Program-made: the position numbers and the translations under genes
NCBI GenBank assembly: GCA_951406725.2
Contig: OX597827.1
Location: forward strand, 15,872,001 to 15,936,000
DNA: 64,000 bases
Source of the DNA: Octopus vulgaris
Lineage: Eukaryota
Direction: 5' to 3'
Notes under the pieces: model-generated
What the model was told of the DNA's origin: nothing
Databases searched by the model: none
Seen by the model: only the letters and a program-made list of their open reading frames with translations
Shown: one piece after another, positions 1 to 13,496 of the stretch
Layout: each line of letters opens with the position of its first letter
Position numbering within the stretch: position 1 is the stretch's first letter

Positions 1-340
1 CGGTTCATGGTGCTAGTGCATGCATATACAGCTGCGTGCGTGCGCACATACACGCGAGTACTGTCCAAATCTCTGACCAATCACATACAGCTAGCTGGCA
101 TTCAATTGGCGTATCAAGTTTTGGGCATTTTGATTGGGTTTTGGATAGAAAATTCACAAAAAAATCACTTCTATTGATCTTTTTAATTGCTTTGCGGGGC
201 GACTGGGGAAATGTAAAGATGTGCACGACCACCCTTGGACGGTTTTGAATGACCATAGAAAGTGCGAGCCCTCTAACTGAAATATTGTGGATTTGTATAA
301 AGGACACACACACAGACATTTTGCTGTTTATATATAGAGA
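1..340. mobile_element. Possible 3' part of a non-autonomous Helitron/Helentron-like element
   Basis: Ends in ACACACACAGACATTTTGCTGTTTATATATAGA, a layout typical of HINE-like elements; no coding evidence. Confidence 0.3.
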
Positions 341-565
341 GGATGATGATTTTGTCTGCTTGGCAACTGATTTCTGTTATTGTGTGCTGATACAGCAACA
401 CATAAAAGTGTCCATGTAGCGTCACGTAAAAGCACTCATGTGGCATCACATGAAGCGCCCATGTGGCGTCACATACAAGCATCCATGTGGTGCCAGCGGT
501 AGAAACGATGCCAAATCAGGCTGAAGTCTGGTGCAGCCCTCCAGCTTGCCAGCTCTGGTTATACC

Positions 566-1100
566 TATTTCTTTACTACCCACAAGGGGCTAAACACAGA
601 GGGGACAGACAAGGACAGACAAAATACCTATTTCTATTTCTTTACTACCCACAAGGGGATAAACACAGAGGGGACAGACGAATGGATTAAGTCGATTACA
701 TCGACCCCAGTGCGTAACTGATACTTAATTTATCGACCCCGAAAGGATGAAAGGCAAAGTCGACCTCGGCGGAATTTGAACTCAGAACGTAGCGGCAGAC
801 GAGATACCTCTTTCTTTACTACCCACAAGGGGCTAAACACAGAGGGGACAGACAAGGACAGACAAAATACCTATTTCTATTTCTTTACTACCCACAAGGG
901 GATAAACACAGAGGGGACAGACGAATGGATTAAGTCGATTACATCGACCCCAGTGCGTAACTGATACTTATTTAATCGACCCCGAAAGGATGAAAGGCAA
1001 AGTCGACCTCGGCAGAATTTGAACTCAGAACATAGCAGCAGACGAAATACTGCTAAGCATTTCGCCCGGTGTGCTAATGTTTCTGCCAGCTCATCGCTTT
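566..1100 (-). mobile_element. tRNA-derived SINE family A (Meta/MESC-like core), tandem multimer inserted in a family D repeat
   Basis: Two cores (GCCTTTCATCCTTTCGGGGTCGAT...AAGTAYCAG) with duplicated tails; TSD TGGTTATAC at 556-564 and 1102-1110. Confidence 0.8.
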
Positions 1101-1844
1101 ATGGTTATACCATCCAACCTATGCCAGCATGGACAAGAGACATTAAATGATAATGATGATGATGTATAGTCTGTCTCTCTTCTGTGTCTCAGATCATTGT
1201 CTGGTCTGTTTGTGCCTACATTTCAGAGGGGTTTTTACAATAGATATATAGGCTCATTTTCTATCACTGTGTGCAGTACCTTGGGCAAGTATCTTCTACT
1301 ATACCCCTGGATTGACCAATGCTTTGTGAGTGAATTTGGTAGATAGGGACTGTATGGAAGCCAGTCGTGTGTATGTCCTTGTGACTTAGCAATTTGGTAA
1401 GAGTAACTGATGGAGTCAATTTCTTTGACTTGTGAAGGCACATGGCCTAGTGGTTAGAGTAGCGGACTCGCGGTTGAGAGATCGAGTGTTTGAATCTCAG
1501 ACCAGGCGATGTGTGTGTTTATGAGCAAAACACCAAAGCTCCATGTGGCTCCGGCAGAAGGTAATGGCAAACTTCTGCTGACTCTTTTGCCACAACTTTC
1601 TCTCACTCTTTCCTCCTGCATCTTGCAGCTCACCTGCGATGGACCAGCGTCCTGTCAAGGTGGGGAACCTATATGCCAAGGAAACCGGGAGCCAGGCGTG
1701 GCTCGAAAAGGAGAAGGAATTTCTTTGATTAAACCCTTCAAGGTAGTGCCTCAGCATGACTGCCCACCTGTGATTGAAACAAGTAAACGAGGAAAAATAT
1801 ATATTTTTATGTATACTGTTGCTTATTATATTACTGTTATTGGT

Positions 1845-2020
1845 GCAGGTGGCTCTGGCTTTCCGCATCTGGCGTTTCTGTTCTGCTGACTGAATCCGTC
1901 TCTCCTCGGCTGTCTTTGCTCCTGTGGTGATTGCGCTGCGCCAGGATGAGCGGTCGGCAGCAAGTGTCTCCCAAGTCTCTGTGCAATTCCACCAAATGTC
2001 AATGGTCATCTTCGAACCCG
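1845..2020 (-). mobile_element. RTE-clade LINE 3' fragment
   Basis: WETLAADRSSWRSAITTGAKTAEERR motif. Confidence 0.7.
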
Positions 2021-2186
2021 AAGGACGAACATTATTATTATTATATATATTACCGTTAATAAAAGAAGTATTTTGATGTATTGTTATGTTGTAGCTATCA
2101 TTATTGTTGTTATCACCACCACCACCACCCTCAACAACAATAACAACAACATCATTTTGCATTATATTTCTTTTTTATCATTGTAG

Positions 2187-2371
2187 GCGAGTCGGCTGCG
2201 CAAGAAACCCTGAAGAATGCAGTGAGGGCGTTACACGATCTCCGCATTATCACGACTTACCATCGCGATGGCGATAAGAATAACCCCAAGCTTGTGAGCC
2301 TGTTGTGGGAAAACGACGTAAGGCAGCGACTCTATGACCTCATCGACCTGCTCGAACACATGCGCGAATGA
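2187..2371 (+). CDS. Terminal coding exon of a glycerol-3-phosphate acyltransferase 1 (GPAT1/GPAM)-like gene; upstream exons lie outside the window
   Basis: Polypyrimidine tract plus ttgtAG acceptor (2185-2186). The GC-rich exon reads (phase 1) ESAAQETLKNAVRALHDLRIITTYHRDGDKNNPKLVSLLWENDVRQRLYDLIDLLEHMRE* (TGA 2369-2371). It resembles the GPAM C-terminus (ES...L/VKNAV..F.D.G); family assignment is from recalled similarity. Confidence 0.6.
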
Positions 2372-2492
2372 ACTGTGTGCACCAGTGCACCACTTACATA
2401 CCAGCATCTCTTGTCTGCATTGCAGACGTAGACATAACACCTGTCTCCATTTGTAACTCTTTGCACCCATTACATGTAGTAGTTTATTATTA

Positions 2493-2544
<52 letters not shown>

Positions 2545-2677
2545 CATCGTCGTGGTATTCTTGTTAATTCTTTTTAACTTAAATGGGTGCATGCTATACA
2601 TTTGTGTATGTATATATGCATATAGTTACTTTTTATGCATGTGTCCATGTTTATACACACACACCCTAAACCTTATT

Positions 2678-2679
2678 TA

Positions 2680-2710
<31 letters not shown>

Positions 2711-2873
2711 ATATGTATATATATGTATATATGTATATGTTTATATGTATATATATATGTATGTATATATGTATATATATATGTATATATATGTATATGT
2801 ATGTATATGTATATATATGTATATGTATATATATGTATATGTATATATGTGTATATATATGTGTATATATATG

Positions 2874-2905
<32 letters not shown>

Positions 2906-2913
2906 TATGTATA

Positions 2914-2953
<40 letters not shown>

Positions 2954-2997
2954 GTGCACACATGTATATAAACACATACACACACACACACATACAC
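2678..2997. repeat. Compound (TA)n/(TATG)n/(CA)n microsatellite
   Basis: Direct inspection. Confidence 0.95.
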
Positions 2998-4078
2998 AAG
3001 ATTGTGGTTTTAATGTATATGTTAACATGTATTAACATGTGTCATTGAGAGTATGTGTGAATGTGTATGCGTCTAAGAATATATACACATGTTCTGTGTG
3101 TGTGTGTGTATAAATAATGACTTGAATGTGTTGCATATTTGCATATGTATATGTTGATACAGTATATGTATACACACACATACACACTTTGTATATTATC
3201 TTAATTGTCTCAGCATATACACCGTACACTGTCTCTGTATATATCTAATCTTACATGTGTATCTCTGTACTACTTCTGTGTATGTATACACGCGTACGAT
3301 CTGTATCTATATGTACGTGCCATGCCTCGGACATAAACACAAGGAATTTGGTTTAAATCCAGTGAAGACGCAACAGCCGACGAAGCATGTCATATTAAAG
3401 TAAGGGTGAACAGTTTTGGGGATGAGAGAGAGAGAGAAAGGGCAATAAAATATTGTTGTATGATTATATATAAAGGTGTATAGCTGCATGCAGTATATAT
3501 ATGTGTGTGTGTGTGAAGGTGTGTGGCCTTGTGGTTTGGGGTGTTTTCATCACAGTCATGAGATTGTTGTTTCAATTCCCAGACCAGTTCTGCATTGGGT
3601 TCTTGAGCAAAATGTTCCATTTCACGTTGCCCCAGTCCACTCAGCTGTAAGTGAGCAACCCTGCAACGGAATGATGATTCAGAGGGAACATTCGCCTGCC
3701 TGTCTGCCTGCCTAGCTAGTCGGGTGGCATCATTCAAAAGCTAAAAGAATGCAAAGTGCATTGTGACCAGTGGAGTGTAACAGCATTCAACAACCTGGTT
3801 GTTACCATGATATATATATACATACATATATATATATACACATACACACAGTGTGTGTATATTTGTATATGAAGAGTTGTATGTTTGAATAAGGTGTGTA
3901 TGTACATGTGTGTATTTATGTATACTTACTGTAAATAGATAACATGATATAAAATCAGTTTAAAGTGATGCAGAGTTTGTCCTGAAAAACAGTGCAGGAA
4001 TAGAGGACCACGGTAAAAAACATAGGGGTTCCTTCTGCAGTATCACCAATTGTCGTGTGACTTGTAGGTTTACTTTGC

Positions 4079-4082
<4 letters not shown>

Positions 4083-4122
<40 letters not shown>

Positions 4123-4184
4123 TACATATATACATACACATACATGCATACATACATATATATATATATATTTTTATATATATT

Positions 4185-4249
<65 letters not shown>

Positions 4250-4250
4250 G
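4083..4250. repeat. (TA)n/(CA)n microsatellite
   Basis: Direct inspection. Confidence 0.95.
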
Positions 4251-4688
4251 TATACTGGCACACATTATGTGCGTTTTGTATGAACAAGGCAGGTTTGTCA
4301 AAAATCATTTTTGTTGTTTTTGTTTTTCTTTTTGTGTTGTTGTTGTTTTTTTTTTTCATTTTGTTGTCTTGACACACCATCAAAAGTGCAACACTAAACT
4401 GAATTCTGACCCAGTCTCCGTTCTTATGTGTAACAATTTGAACACTGCAACTTCGTATTTCCCTTTTATGAAAAACATATTTTCATGTTCAACCAAGAAG
4501 TCACCATCAGTTATTCTTGACTGTTTAGCAATCCTAATCCGTAGTTTGTAATCCTGGTTTCAACTCTTACTTGAGATGTACTGTTCTACATTCACGGCCG
4601 TTAGAGCTCCATAGGTAATGCATGAATATTACATGTTACCTATTTTGTGGTCTTGTGTCTAATAAGTAAGAAATTATTATTAATATAA

Positions 4689-5092
4689 GGCGTAGGAGTG
4701 GCTGTGTGGTAAGTAGCTTGTTTGCCAACCACATGGTTCCGGGTTCAGTCCCACTGCGTGGCACCTTGGGCAAGTGTCTTCTACTATGGCCTCGGGCCGA
4801 CCAAAGCCTTGTGAGTGGATTTGGTAGACGGAAACTGAAAGAAGCCTGTCGTATATATGTATATGTATGTAAATATATATATGTATGTGTTTGTGTGTCT
4901 GTGTTTGTCCCCCCCAACATCGCTTGACAACCGATGCTGGCGTGTTTACGTCCCCGTAACTTAGTGGTTCGGTAAAAGAGACCGATGGAATAAGTACTAG
5001 GCTTGCAAAGAATAAGTCCTGGGATCGATTTGCTCGACTAAATGCGGTGCTCCAGCATGGCCACAGTCACATGGCTGAAACAAGTAAAAAGT
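4689..5092 (+). mobile_element. tRNA-derived SINE family B (CORE-like CCTTGGGCAAGT motif, internal TA/TG microsatellite)
   Basis: A-box TGGCTGTGTGGT, B-box GGTTCAGTCCC; near-identical copies elsewhere in the window. Confidence 0.82.
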
Positions 5093-5530
5093 AAAAAAAT
5101 AAAGCACACCAGGGAATTCAAATGCTGCCATGGTTGACTTTGTCTTTCATCCTTTCAGGGTCGATAAAATAAGTACCAGTTAATCACTGGGGGTCAATGT
5201 AATTGAAATTACGGGCCTCGTGCCAAAATTTGAAACCAGTATTAAGTATGCTAGGCCAAATGCTTAGCAGCAGTCTACTTGTCTTCCTATTCTGAGTTCA
5301 AATTCTGTCGAGGGCAACTTTGCCTGTCATCCTTTTTGGGGTCGATAAAAATAAGTACCAGTTGAACCCTGGGGTCAATGTAATTGACTTACCCTCCTCC
5401 CTTGAAATTACTGGTCTTGTGCTAAAATTTGAAACGAATATTCTTTTCTACTTTAGGCACAAGGCACGAATTTTAAGGTGGCAGCAGTCGATTAGATCGA
5501 CCCCTGTATGCAACTGGTACTTAATCTATC

Positions 5531-5765
5531 TAAGGCGGCGAGCTGGCAGAAACGTTAGCACGCTGGGCGAAATGCTTAGTGGTATTTCATCTGCCGTTAT
5601 GTTGTGAGTTCAAATTCCGCCGAGGTCGACTTTGCCTTTCATCCTTTCGGGGTCGATAAATTAAGTACCAGTTACGCACTGGGGGTCGATGTAATCGACT
5701 TAATACCTATGTCTGTCCTTGTTTGTCCCCTCTGTGTTTAGCCCCTTGTGGGTAATAAAGAAATA
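5531..5765 (+). mobile_element. SINE family A, full-length young copy nested in an older opposite-strand copy
   Basis: A-box TGGCAGAAACGTT, B-box GAGTTCAAATTCC; 15-bp TSD GGTACTTAATCTATC at 5516-5530 and 5766-5780. Confidence 0.88.
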
Positions 5766-6204
5766 GGTACTTAATCTATCAACCCCAAAGAGATGAAAGG
5801 CAAAGTCAACCTCGGTGGAATTTGAACTCAGAACGTAAGGATAGATGAAATACTGCTAAGCATTTTGACTAACGATTCTACCAGATTGCCACCCTAAATT
5901 TGAAGCCAATATTGCCACAATGGGCAAAATGCTTAGTAGCCTTCCTAAGTAGTCTTCCTATTCTAAGTTCACATTAATCCACTCCCTTGAAATTGCTGGC
6001 CTTGTGCCAAATTTTAAACCCATTATGTTCGTCCTCACATTCTGAGTTCAAACGTCGCTGAGGTCAATTTTGCCTGTCGTCCCTTTTGGGGTTGATAAAA
6101 TAAGTACCAGTTGAACACACTGTATATAAAAATGCTCTCTCTCTCTCTCTCCTACAAGTCTCACATACATCTTAAAAGATTATTTACACTGAAACCCCCC
6201 TTGT

Positions 6205-6431
6205 TTAACCCTTTAGTGTTCAGATTATTCCATCAGACATAATGCCTATTGATTCCCATTGATTTGAATTAATCATGCATTATCTCATATCTTCAAGATC
6301 TTGATGGTGTAATTACTTAATGTAGAATAACATTTTGGGGTAAGTGTGAGAGCCTGGATCTGGTCAGTTTGAACATAAAACAGACTAGCTATTTTGGCTG
6401 GATATGGCCGGTTTAAATACTAAAGGGTTAA
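6205..6431. mobile_element. piggyBac-like MITE family F (TTAA|CCCTTTAG...CTAAAGGG|TTAA); further copies at about 8786-9013, 11277-11471, 19158-19373, 35519-35765 and 48616-48830
   Basis: TTAA flanks, CCC/GGG termini and a conserved ~225-bp body. Confidence 0.75.
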
Positions 6432-7261
6432 ATATTGTAGAGAAGGATTAAATTCTATAAAACCTCAATGTGGTTTAAATAAGAAAGTAAAGATATTCGT
6501 ATCATATTAAGATGTGGGGGGAAAAAAGTGAAGGAATCCCTTGATAGACTGTTTCAATGTTGACTACTTTAAGAGATGTACCTGTTTCCATTATTTATTT
6601 AATAACACAGATCAGGTATTATACATAGCATTAAAGGATAGCGTAATATACATATTTGTATATTTGACGGGTATTATTCGAAGAATCAACCACGCATCAA
6701 AAGCATAAGAAAAATGTGTTTACATTCTTATTTAACAGTCGTGTGGCTTTGAAGCATTTAAAGTTATTAAATGCTCTCCCTCCCCTGACATCGCTGGCTT
6801 TGTGTCAAAATTTGAGGCCAATATTTATGGTGATGGAATGGTAGAGGCATTTGGAGTGCTGGGTTAGCTGCTTTGTGACAGTTGTTTGAGTTCAGCTTTG
6901 CTTAGTCTTTATTGTTACAGAATAAGTCAGTAAAAGAAGTCTTGTCAAAAGTCAATTCAGTTGCTTATATTCCTAAAAACTGATGGCTGTGTACCAAAAT
7001 TTAGAAACATTTGATATTATTATTACTACTACTACTACTATTGTCAGTGCAGTGGGTTAACAGGATCAGCTGTGTCAAACAAAATGCCTTGAGTAATTTA
7101 TTCTGGCTCTTTACACTCTGAGTTCAAATCTTGTTGTGGTCAACATTATTTTTCATTCTTCTAAGGTCAATAAAGTAAGAACCAGTTAAGTACTGGGCTA
7201 TACCAGTCTTCCAAAATTTCTGGCCTTGTGCCTGTGTTAGAAATTATATTATTATTATTAT

Positions 7262-8030
7262 TTAGGCAGCAAGCTGGCAGAATCATTAGCACACCGGACA
7301 AAATGCTGCTAAGCATTTTGTCCATCTTTGCATTCTGAGTTCAAATGCTGCCATGGTCGACTTTGTCTTTCATCCTTTCAGGGTCAATAAATTAAGTACC
7401 AGTAAAACACTGGGGTCAATGTAATTCGACTAGTCCCCTCCCCCCAAGTTTTAGTAGAAAGGATTATTGTTATTATTATTATTATTATTATTAAGGTGGT
7501 GAGCTAGCTGAAACATTAGCACATCAAGCGAAATGCTTAGTGGTATTTCGTCTGCCGCTACGTTCTGAGTTCAAATTCCGTCAAGGTCAACTTTGCCTTT
7601 CATCCTTGCGGGGTCGATAAATTAAGTACCAGTTGCGCACTGGGGTCAATGTAATCGACTTAATCCGTTTGTCTGTCTTTGTTTGTCCCCTCTGTGTTTA
7701 GCCCCTTGTGGGTAGTAAAGAAATAGGTATTTCATCTGTCCTTACGTTCTGAGTTCAAATTCTGCTGAGGTCGACTTTGCCTTTCATCCTTGCGGGGTCG
7801 ATAAATTAAGTACCAGTTGCGCACTGGGGTCAATGTAATCGACTTAATCCGTTTGTCTGTCCTTGTTTGTCCCCTCTGTGTTTAGCCCCTTGTGGGTAGT
7901 AAAGAAATAGGTATTTCATCTGTCCTTACGTTCTGAGTTCAAATTCTGCTGAGGTTGACTTTGCCTTTAATCCTTTCGGGGTCAATAAATTAAAAACCAA
8001 TTGCCCCCTCCCAAAATTTCAGGCCTTTTC
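7262..8030 (+). mobile_element. SINE family A cluster (old copy followed by a trimeric array)
   Basis: Repeated cores; units joined by AAAGAAATA|GGTATTTC. Confidence 0.8.
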
Positions 8031-9958
8031 TGTGTTAATGAATTAGTTATATCTCGAAAATGTACAAATAACTGAGATTAGCAAAATGTTTTCAAAGAAC
8101 ATTATTTATTTGTGACAGAAATGTGTTGATAGAAACAAGGGTATGCCTAAATCCTTTCTTATATTCTATTATGTGTGTGTGTGTGTGTTTTTATCAACTG
8201 TTTGATTTCAAATTTCCCCAAAGTCAACCTTGTTTTTTTGCGCAAACTAACAATCAGTCTTGAAATGTTTAAATTGTCTTTTCACTGCATATGTACTTCT
8301 TATCCGAAACTTCTGAACTTAGTTGTATTATTTTTAATGGTTCAGACCACCACAAGGATTTTTTTGCGCATGTGGCTTTTTTTTTTTTTTTTTTTCAACC
8401 CTTATTCTGTTTTAATGAGCCACAATGGTTGTTAGGTTAAGGTGTATGAGTTCAAATCTTAATGTACAGCTATTGTACTGCGACATAAAGTAAGAGATGT
8501 AAACCCTGTTTCCTATAGTTTTAGTGGATGCAAACATCCACCCCCACCTCACCTCTGTGTCTTGCCAATTCCTTGTTGAAGGGCTATTGACAGGAAGGGT
8601 GTCATCCAACAAAGAAAACCATTTCGTCTGTTCAAGTAGGAGAGTACCACAGCAAGTACAAAAGCTGCGGGTGTGGAACCAACTGTGGGTGCAGATCTTG
8701 GTGGTAGCAGCAAATACTGTAAAAAAAAAATCATGTAAAAAAACAATAAAATTGTATCAGAATTGTTCTTCTCTAAAAGTTTACATTAACCCTTTAGCAT
8801 TCAGATTACTCTGTCAAATGTAAACCCTGTTTAATCACATTGTTTTAAATTAATTGTACAGCATCTTGTAACTCTGAGATTTTGATGATGTCCCTGTTTA
8901 TTTTTATAATGACTTTGTAGGGTAGGTGTGAGAGGTCAGAGCTGGCTGGTTTGAGCATAAAACAGGAAGACAATTTTGGCCTGGTATGGCCGGTTTAAAC
9001 ACTAAAGGGTTAAACAATCAGTGTATCACATGTATGAGACACATCTTGAACCAACAAGGAACTCTCCATGTGGTGATTCATCAAACTAGAAATAGCTGCC
9101 TAATTTCACTGCCTAATTTCACTAATAAGGAAGGACACTCTTAAAAAGATGGGATGGTCATGGATGGAATGTCTCCAATCATAGTGCTCCTCAATCAAGC
9201 TTGATCTGGAGATAAAGAAATCAAATCATCACATTTACTGATCTATTAAATTCTCTCACAAATTCCCTGTTTCACAATAACAAACTTGTTTAACCCTTTC
9301 GTTACTGTATTTCTGTTGAGATGCTCTGTGTTTCTTTCAATTACTTTAAATATAACAAAGAATTTAGTAAAATAACATAGTCATCATTCAGCTAGTGTTA
9401 GGAACATAAATTGTGACTAAGGTTTGGTGGAAAATTTTAGTTCAAAACTTATGAAAACAAGACATTTGTACCACAGAGCCAGACCCGGTTTCAGCCGGGT
9501 TGGTAACAAAAGGATTAAGTCATTTATGTTTCCCTGCAAACCCACTGGATTACATTACACATCTGTAGAATCACCATGTCTCTGAAAGATTTATATTACA
9601 CCACCCTTTTTGAATGGAGTGTCTTTTTAAGGATAAGAAATGTATCCTTTTCAGGATCAAATGCCAGTTGATACATTTAACTGCCAATTATCCAGCATTG
9701 GAGGGACCAGGAGAGTGCTGGATTAGTGATTTTGCCAGATTATTGATTATTGATTGTGTCTTTGACTCACTGTCAGCAAAGAATCAAAGTAACTAGTCTT
9801 TCTGCTTTTTTATGTCATAAACTGTCAAAGATCCAATGTTGTATAATTCACGTAATCTTTTATGGACAAATGTACGGTATTTACACTTTACACCACAAGA
9901 AGCACTTCCTCTCTGCATTGGAATCATTGCTGGGGCTAAAAATGAAAAAGGTATAACA

Positions 9959-10300
9959 TCCACCCGTCTAACACCCGTGGACATATTTACAAAGTCAGAA
10001 AACAGCACAGCCCCCATGACTTTAGGAAACATTTTTTCACGCTGAGAGTTGCTGAAGCATGGAACAAGCTGCCGGCATAGGTTGTTAGTTGTCGGAGCAC
10101 TGCATCCTTCAAAACTTCCATGCTTCCTGAGATTCGCCAACACTACACCTGATTTCCTCCCCTCCATACACACACAAGCATGTATCTGACTCATACATTG
10201 TTCGCTTTCCAGACATTTGTACATTACTGCATACACTTTATATGCATTTTTTGACAAGTTGTGGTGCACCTGAGCACTGTATACAATAATTTCATTATTA
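9959..10300 (+). mobile_element. CR1-clade LINE 3' end
   Basis: NTRGHIYKVRKQ...FFTLRVAEAWNKLP ORF2 C-terminal motif; ends in (ATT)n. Confidence 0.82.
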
Positions 10301-10702
10301 TAAGTGAAAAAAAGCCCAACTGGAAAGGCCTGCCTTTGTTTACAAATGATGCAAATGTGTTTATGCAGCAAGTACCAACAACAAATCATAGCAGCAACCC
10401 AGGAAATTTGAAATTGTTCTAGCTGTAATTAATGCCAGATTACTGATTTTGTCAGATTAGTGACAGTCTACTGTAATAGGGTAGTGAAGGCATGTGGCTT
10501 AGTGGTTAGGGTATCCGGCTCACAATTGTATGGTCAAGAGTTTGATTCCCAATGATGCATTGGGTCCTTGAGCAAGACGCTTTATTTCAAGTTTCTCCTA
10601 TCTACTCAGCTGTAAAAAAATGAGTTGCACCTGTATTTCAAAGGGCCAATCTTGTCACACTGCATCTCCTGAGAATTACATTAAGGGTACACATATCACA
10701 TG

Positions 10703-10920
10703 AAGGTGGCGAGCTGGCAGAAACGTTAGCACACCGGGCGAAATGTGCAGCTGTATTTCGTCTGCCGTTACGTTCTGAGTTCAAATTCCGCCGAGGTCGA
10801 CTTTGCCTTTCATCCTTTCGGGGTCGATAAATTAAGTACCAGTTACACACTGGGGTCAACGTAATCGACTTAATACCTATGTCTGTCTTTGTTTAGCCCC
10901 TTGTGGGTAGTAAAGAAATA
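10703..10920 (+). mobile_element. SINE family A inserted in a decayed family C SINE (about 10487-11020)
   Basis: Full head, core and tail; GGTACACAT at 10686-10694 and 10921-10929. Confidence 0.82.
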
Positions 10921-11639
10921 GGTACACATGCCTGTGGGGTGCTCTGCCACTTGCACATTAATTTCACAAGCAGGCTTATTTCAATGGTTGGAAAGCTCGC
11001 CATCGTAGCTGACTGACTGCAAATAATAGTTAGGATAATGTGTCTTTCAGGGGTTATTTTACACACCATCTAAATCTTATTCATCCCTGCCCTTACTTTT
11101 ATACACTACATTTATTAGATCATAACTGTCTCACAATGGCTTACACTTATATACACTCACTGGATCATGCCATTCGGCTCCCTAAGGATCACATTCTCAC
11201 ATCCACTGAATCCATCTCAGATCCACAACACTGTGACATATTTATTTCCTAAAAATTGCGATTTTCTCTCAGAATATTAACCCTTGGGCATTCTGTCAAA
11301 TGAAATGCTAATTTATTCATATTTTTAAAACTTAATCTTGTAGCTTAACGATTTTGTAGTTGCGATCATTTATTTTTAGAATGACATTGCAGGGTAAGTG
11401 TGAAAAGCTGCATATGGCTAATTTGAACATATAACAGATTATTTGAGCCGGTTTGAATTCCAAAGGGTTAAATCTCTCTCGAGTTGTTACAGTTATTGGA
11501 ACACATTTGTATTAAACCCAAAATCAGCTACAATCGTCTCATTGCTTTGTTTGTTTTTTTCTTTGTTTTTTTTTTGTTTTTTTAAACGTCACTTCACTGG
11601 CACTTGTAAAACAGATTCGAGTGAGGTCGTTACCAGTAC

Positions 11640-11843
11640 CGCCTGACTGGCGCCCGTGCCAGTGGCACGTAAAAAGCACCCACTACACACTCGGAGTGGT
11701 TGGCGTTTACGAAGGGCATCCAGCTGTAGAAACTCTGCCAGATCAAGATTGGAGCCTGGTGCAGCCATCTGGTTCGTTAGCCCTCAGTCAAAATCGTCCA
11801 ACCCATACTAGCATGGAAAGCGGACGTAAAACGATGATGATGA
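11640..11843 (+). mobile_element. Retroposon family D 3' end
   Basis: Matches the 3' end of the 28078-28630 copy; (GAT)n tail. Confidence 0.72.
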
Positions 11844-12416
11844 CAGTAGTACATTTAAGACTGGTGTATCTCATTGATTCATTAGGATCATTTTTTCACA
11901 CACCTACCTAAGAACCATATTTACACATCTGTTTTATAGATCCTATTTCATTCACTTTAGGTTAATCCAGCCATCCACCAGGGCCCTCAAGACTCTATTT
12001 ATACACTGGTCCAATTTCCCTGTAGCATTCAGATTACTCTGTCAAATGTAATGCTTATTTATTCACATTGTTTTGAATATGCATCATGTCATAGCTTCAA
12101 GATTTTGATGATGCGATTGTTTATTTTTAGAATGACAATGTAGAATAGGTGTGAAAGGCCAGATCTGGCCAGTTTGAACATAGATCAGGTGGAATGCTTT
12201 AGGACAGATGTAGTCACTTTATCTGAGAATCAATTCCTCTCTTAAGCTTTGTCTGTTGGGAGGTTTTGAATTTATGTAGCCAAGGAATCATAACCTTCAA
12301 ATATACACAAAATATACTCTCAATGAACAAGGAAAGGCATTCGATTTGTTTTGACATTCCTGGAGCTAACAATTTTCATTCTCAATGTCTTCATGTTCAG
12401 GATATACTCTCTTTTA

Positions 12417-12817
12417 TACTCTTTTACTTGTTTCAGTCATTTGACTGCGGCCATGCTGGAGCACCGCCTTTAGTCGAGCAAATCGACCCCGGGACTTATT
12501 CTGTGTAAGCCCAGTACTTATTCTATCGGTCTCTTTTGCCGAACCGCTAAGTGACGGGGACGTAAACACACCAGCATCGGTTGTCAAGCAATGCTTGGGG
12601 GACAAACACAGACACACAAACATATACACACACATACATATATATACATATATATGACAGGCTTCTTTCAGTTTCCGTCTACAAAATCCACTCACAAGGC
12701 TTTGGTCGGCCCGAGGCTATAGTAGAAGACACTTGCCCAAGATGCCACGCAGTGGGACTGAACCCAGAACCATGTGGTTGGTTAGCAAGCTACTTACCAC
12801 ACAGCCACTCCTGCGCC
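12417..12817 (-). mobile_element. SINE family B
   Basis: Reverse-complement match to 4689-5092. Confidence 0.82.
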
Positions 12818-13133
12818 TATATAGCTGATTTTTTTTTTTTTTTAACAAAAATCTGGCACAAAAATAATTCAAATCTCTGTTCTGTAGTTATACAATAGCA
12901 TTATTTTTATCAACAAATGATTTCTAACTGTGACACATTCCAAATGTTGAAGAAGATTCAAGTCAGTTAAAATGACCAAGCATTTGCTTGATATTTATTT
13001 CATCGACTCCCTCCTTCGAAATAAATAAGATAAAATTTTGAAAGGCAAAGACATAAAAGAATTTGCTTAAATAACAGAGGTTCCTGCAAAGGTTACAGGT
13101 ACAGAGCTCCTTCTTTCAGACCAAACCAATAGA

Positions 13134-13440
13134 TCATCGTTTAACGTCTGTTCTCCATGCTAGCATGGGTTGGACGGTTCGACCGGGGATCTGGGAAGCC
13201 AGAAGGCTGCACCAGGCTCTGGTCTTATCTGGCAATGTTTCTACAGCTGGATGCCCTTCCTAACGCCAACCACTCCGTGAGTGTAGTGGGTGCTTTTTAC
13301 GTGCCAGGCGAAGCTGGCATCGGCCACGGTCGGATTGGTGCATTTTACGTGCCACCGGCACGGAAGCCAGTCGAGGCGCCACGATTCGGATGGTGCTTTT
13401 TACATGCCACCGACACGGAAGCCAGTTAAGGCGGTGCTGA
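13134..13440 (-). mobile_element. Retroposon family D
   Basis: Reverse match to family D. Confidence 0.72.
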
Positions 13441-13496
13441 CATCAAAACATTTTACCATTTCTACCTTTAATAATAATGATTTGTAAAAAAAATGA

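Noticed and set aside
1497-2162. 221-aa minus-strand ORF
   Set aside because: It is a chimera of simple repeats, an RTE fragment and SINE sequence inside an intron.
2552-3038. Several overlapping Y/I/M/C/H-rich ORFs
   Set aside because: They are translations of a TA/TG microsatellite.
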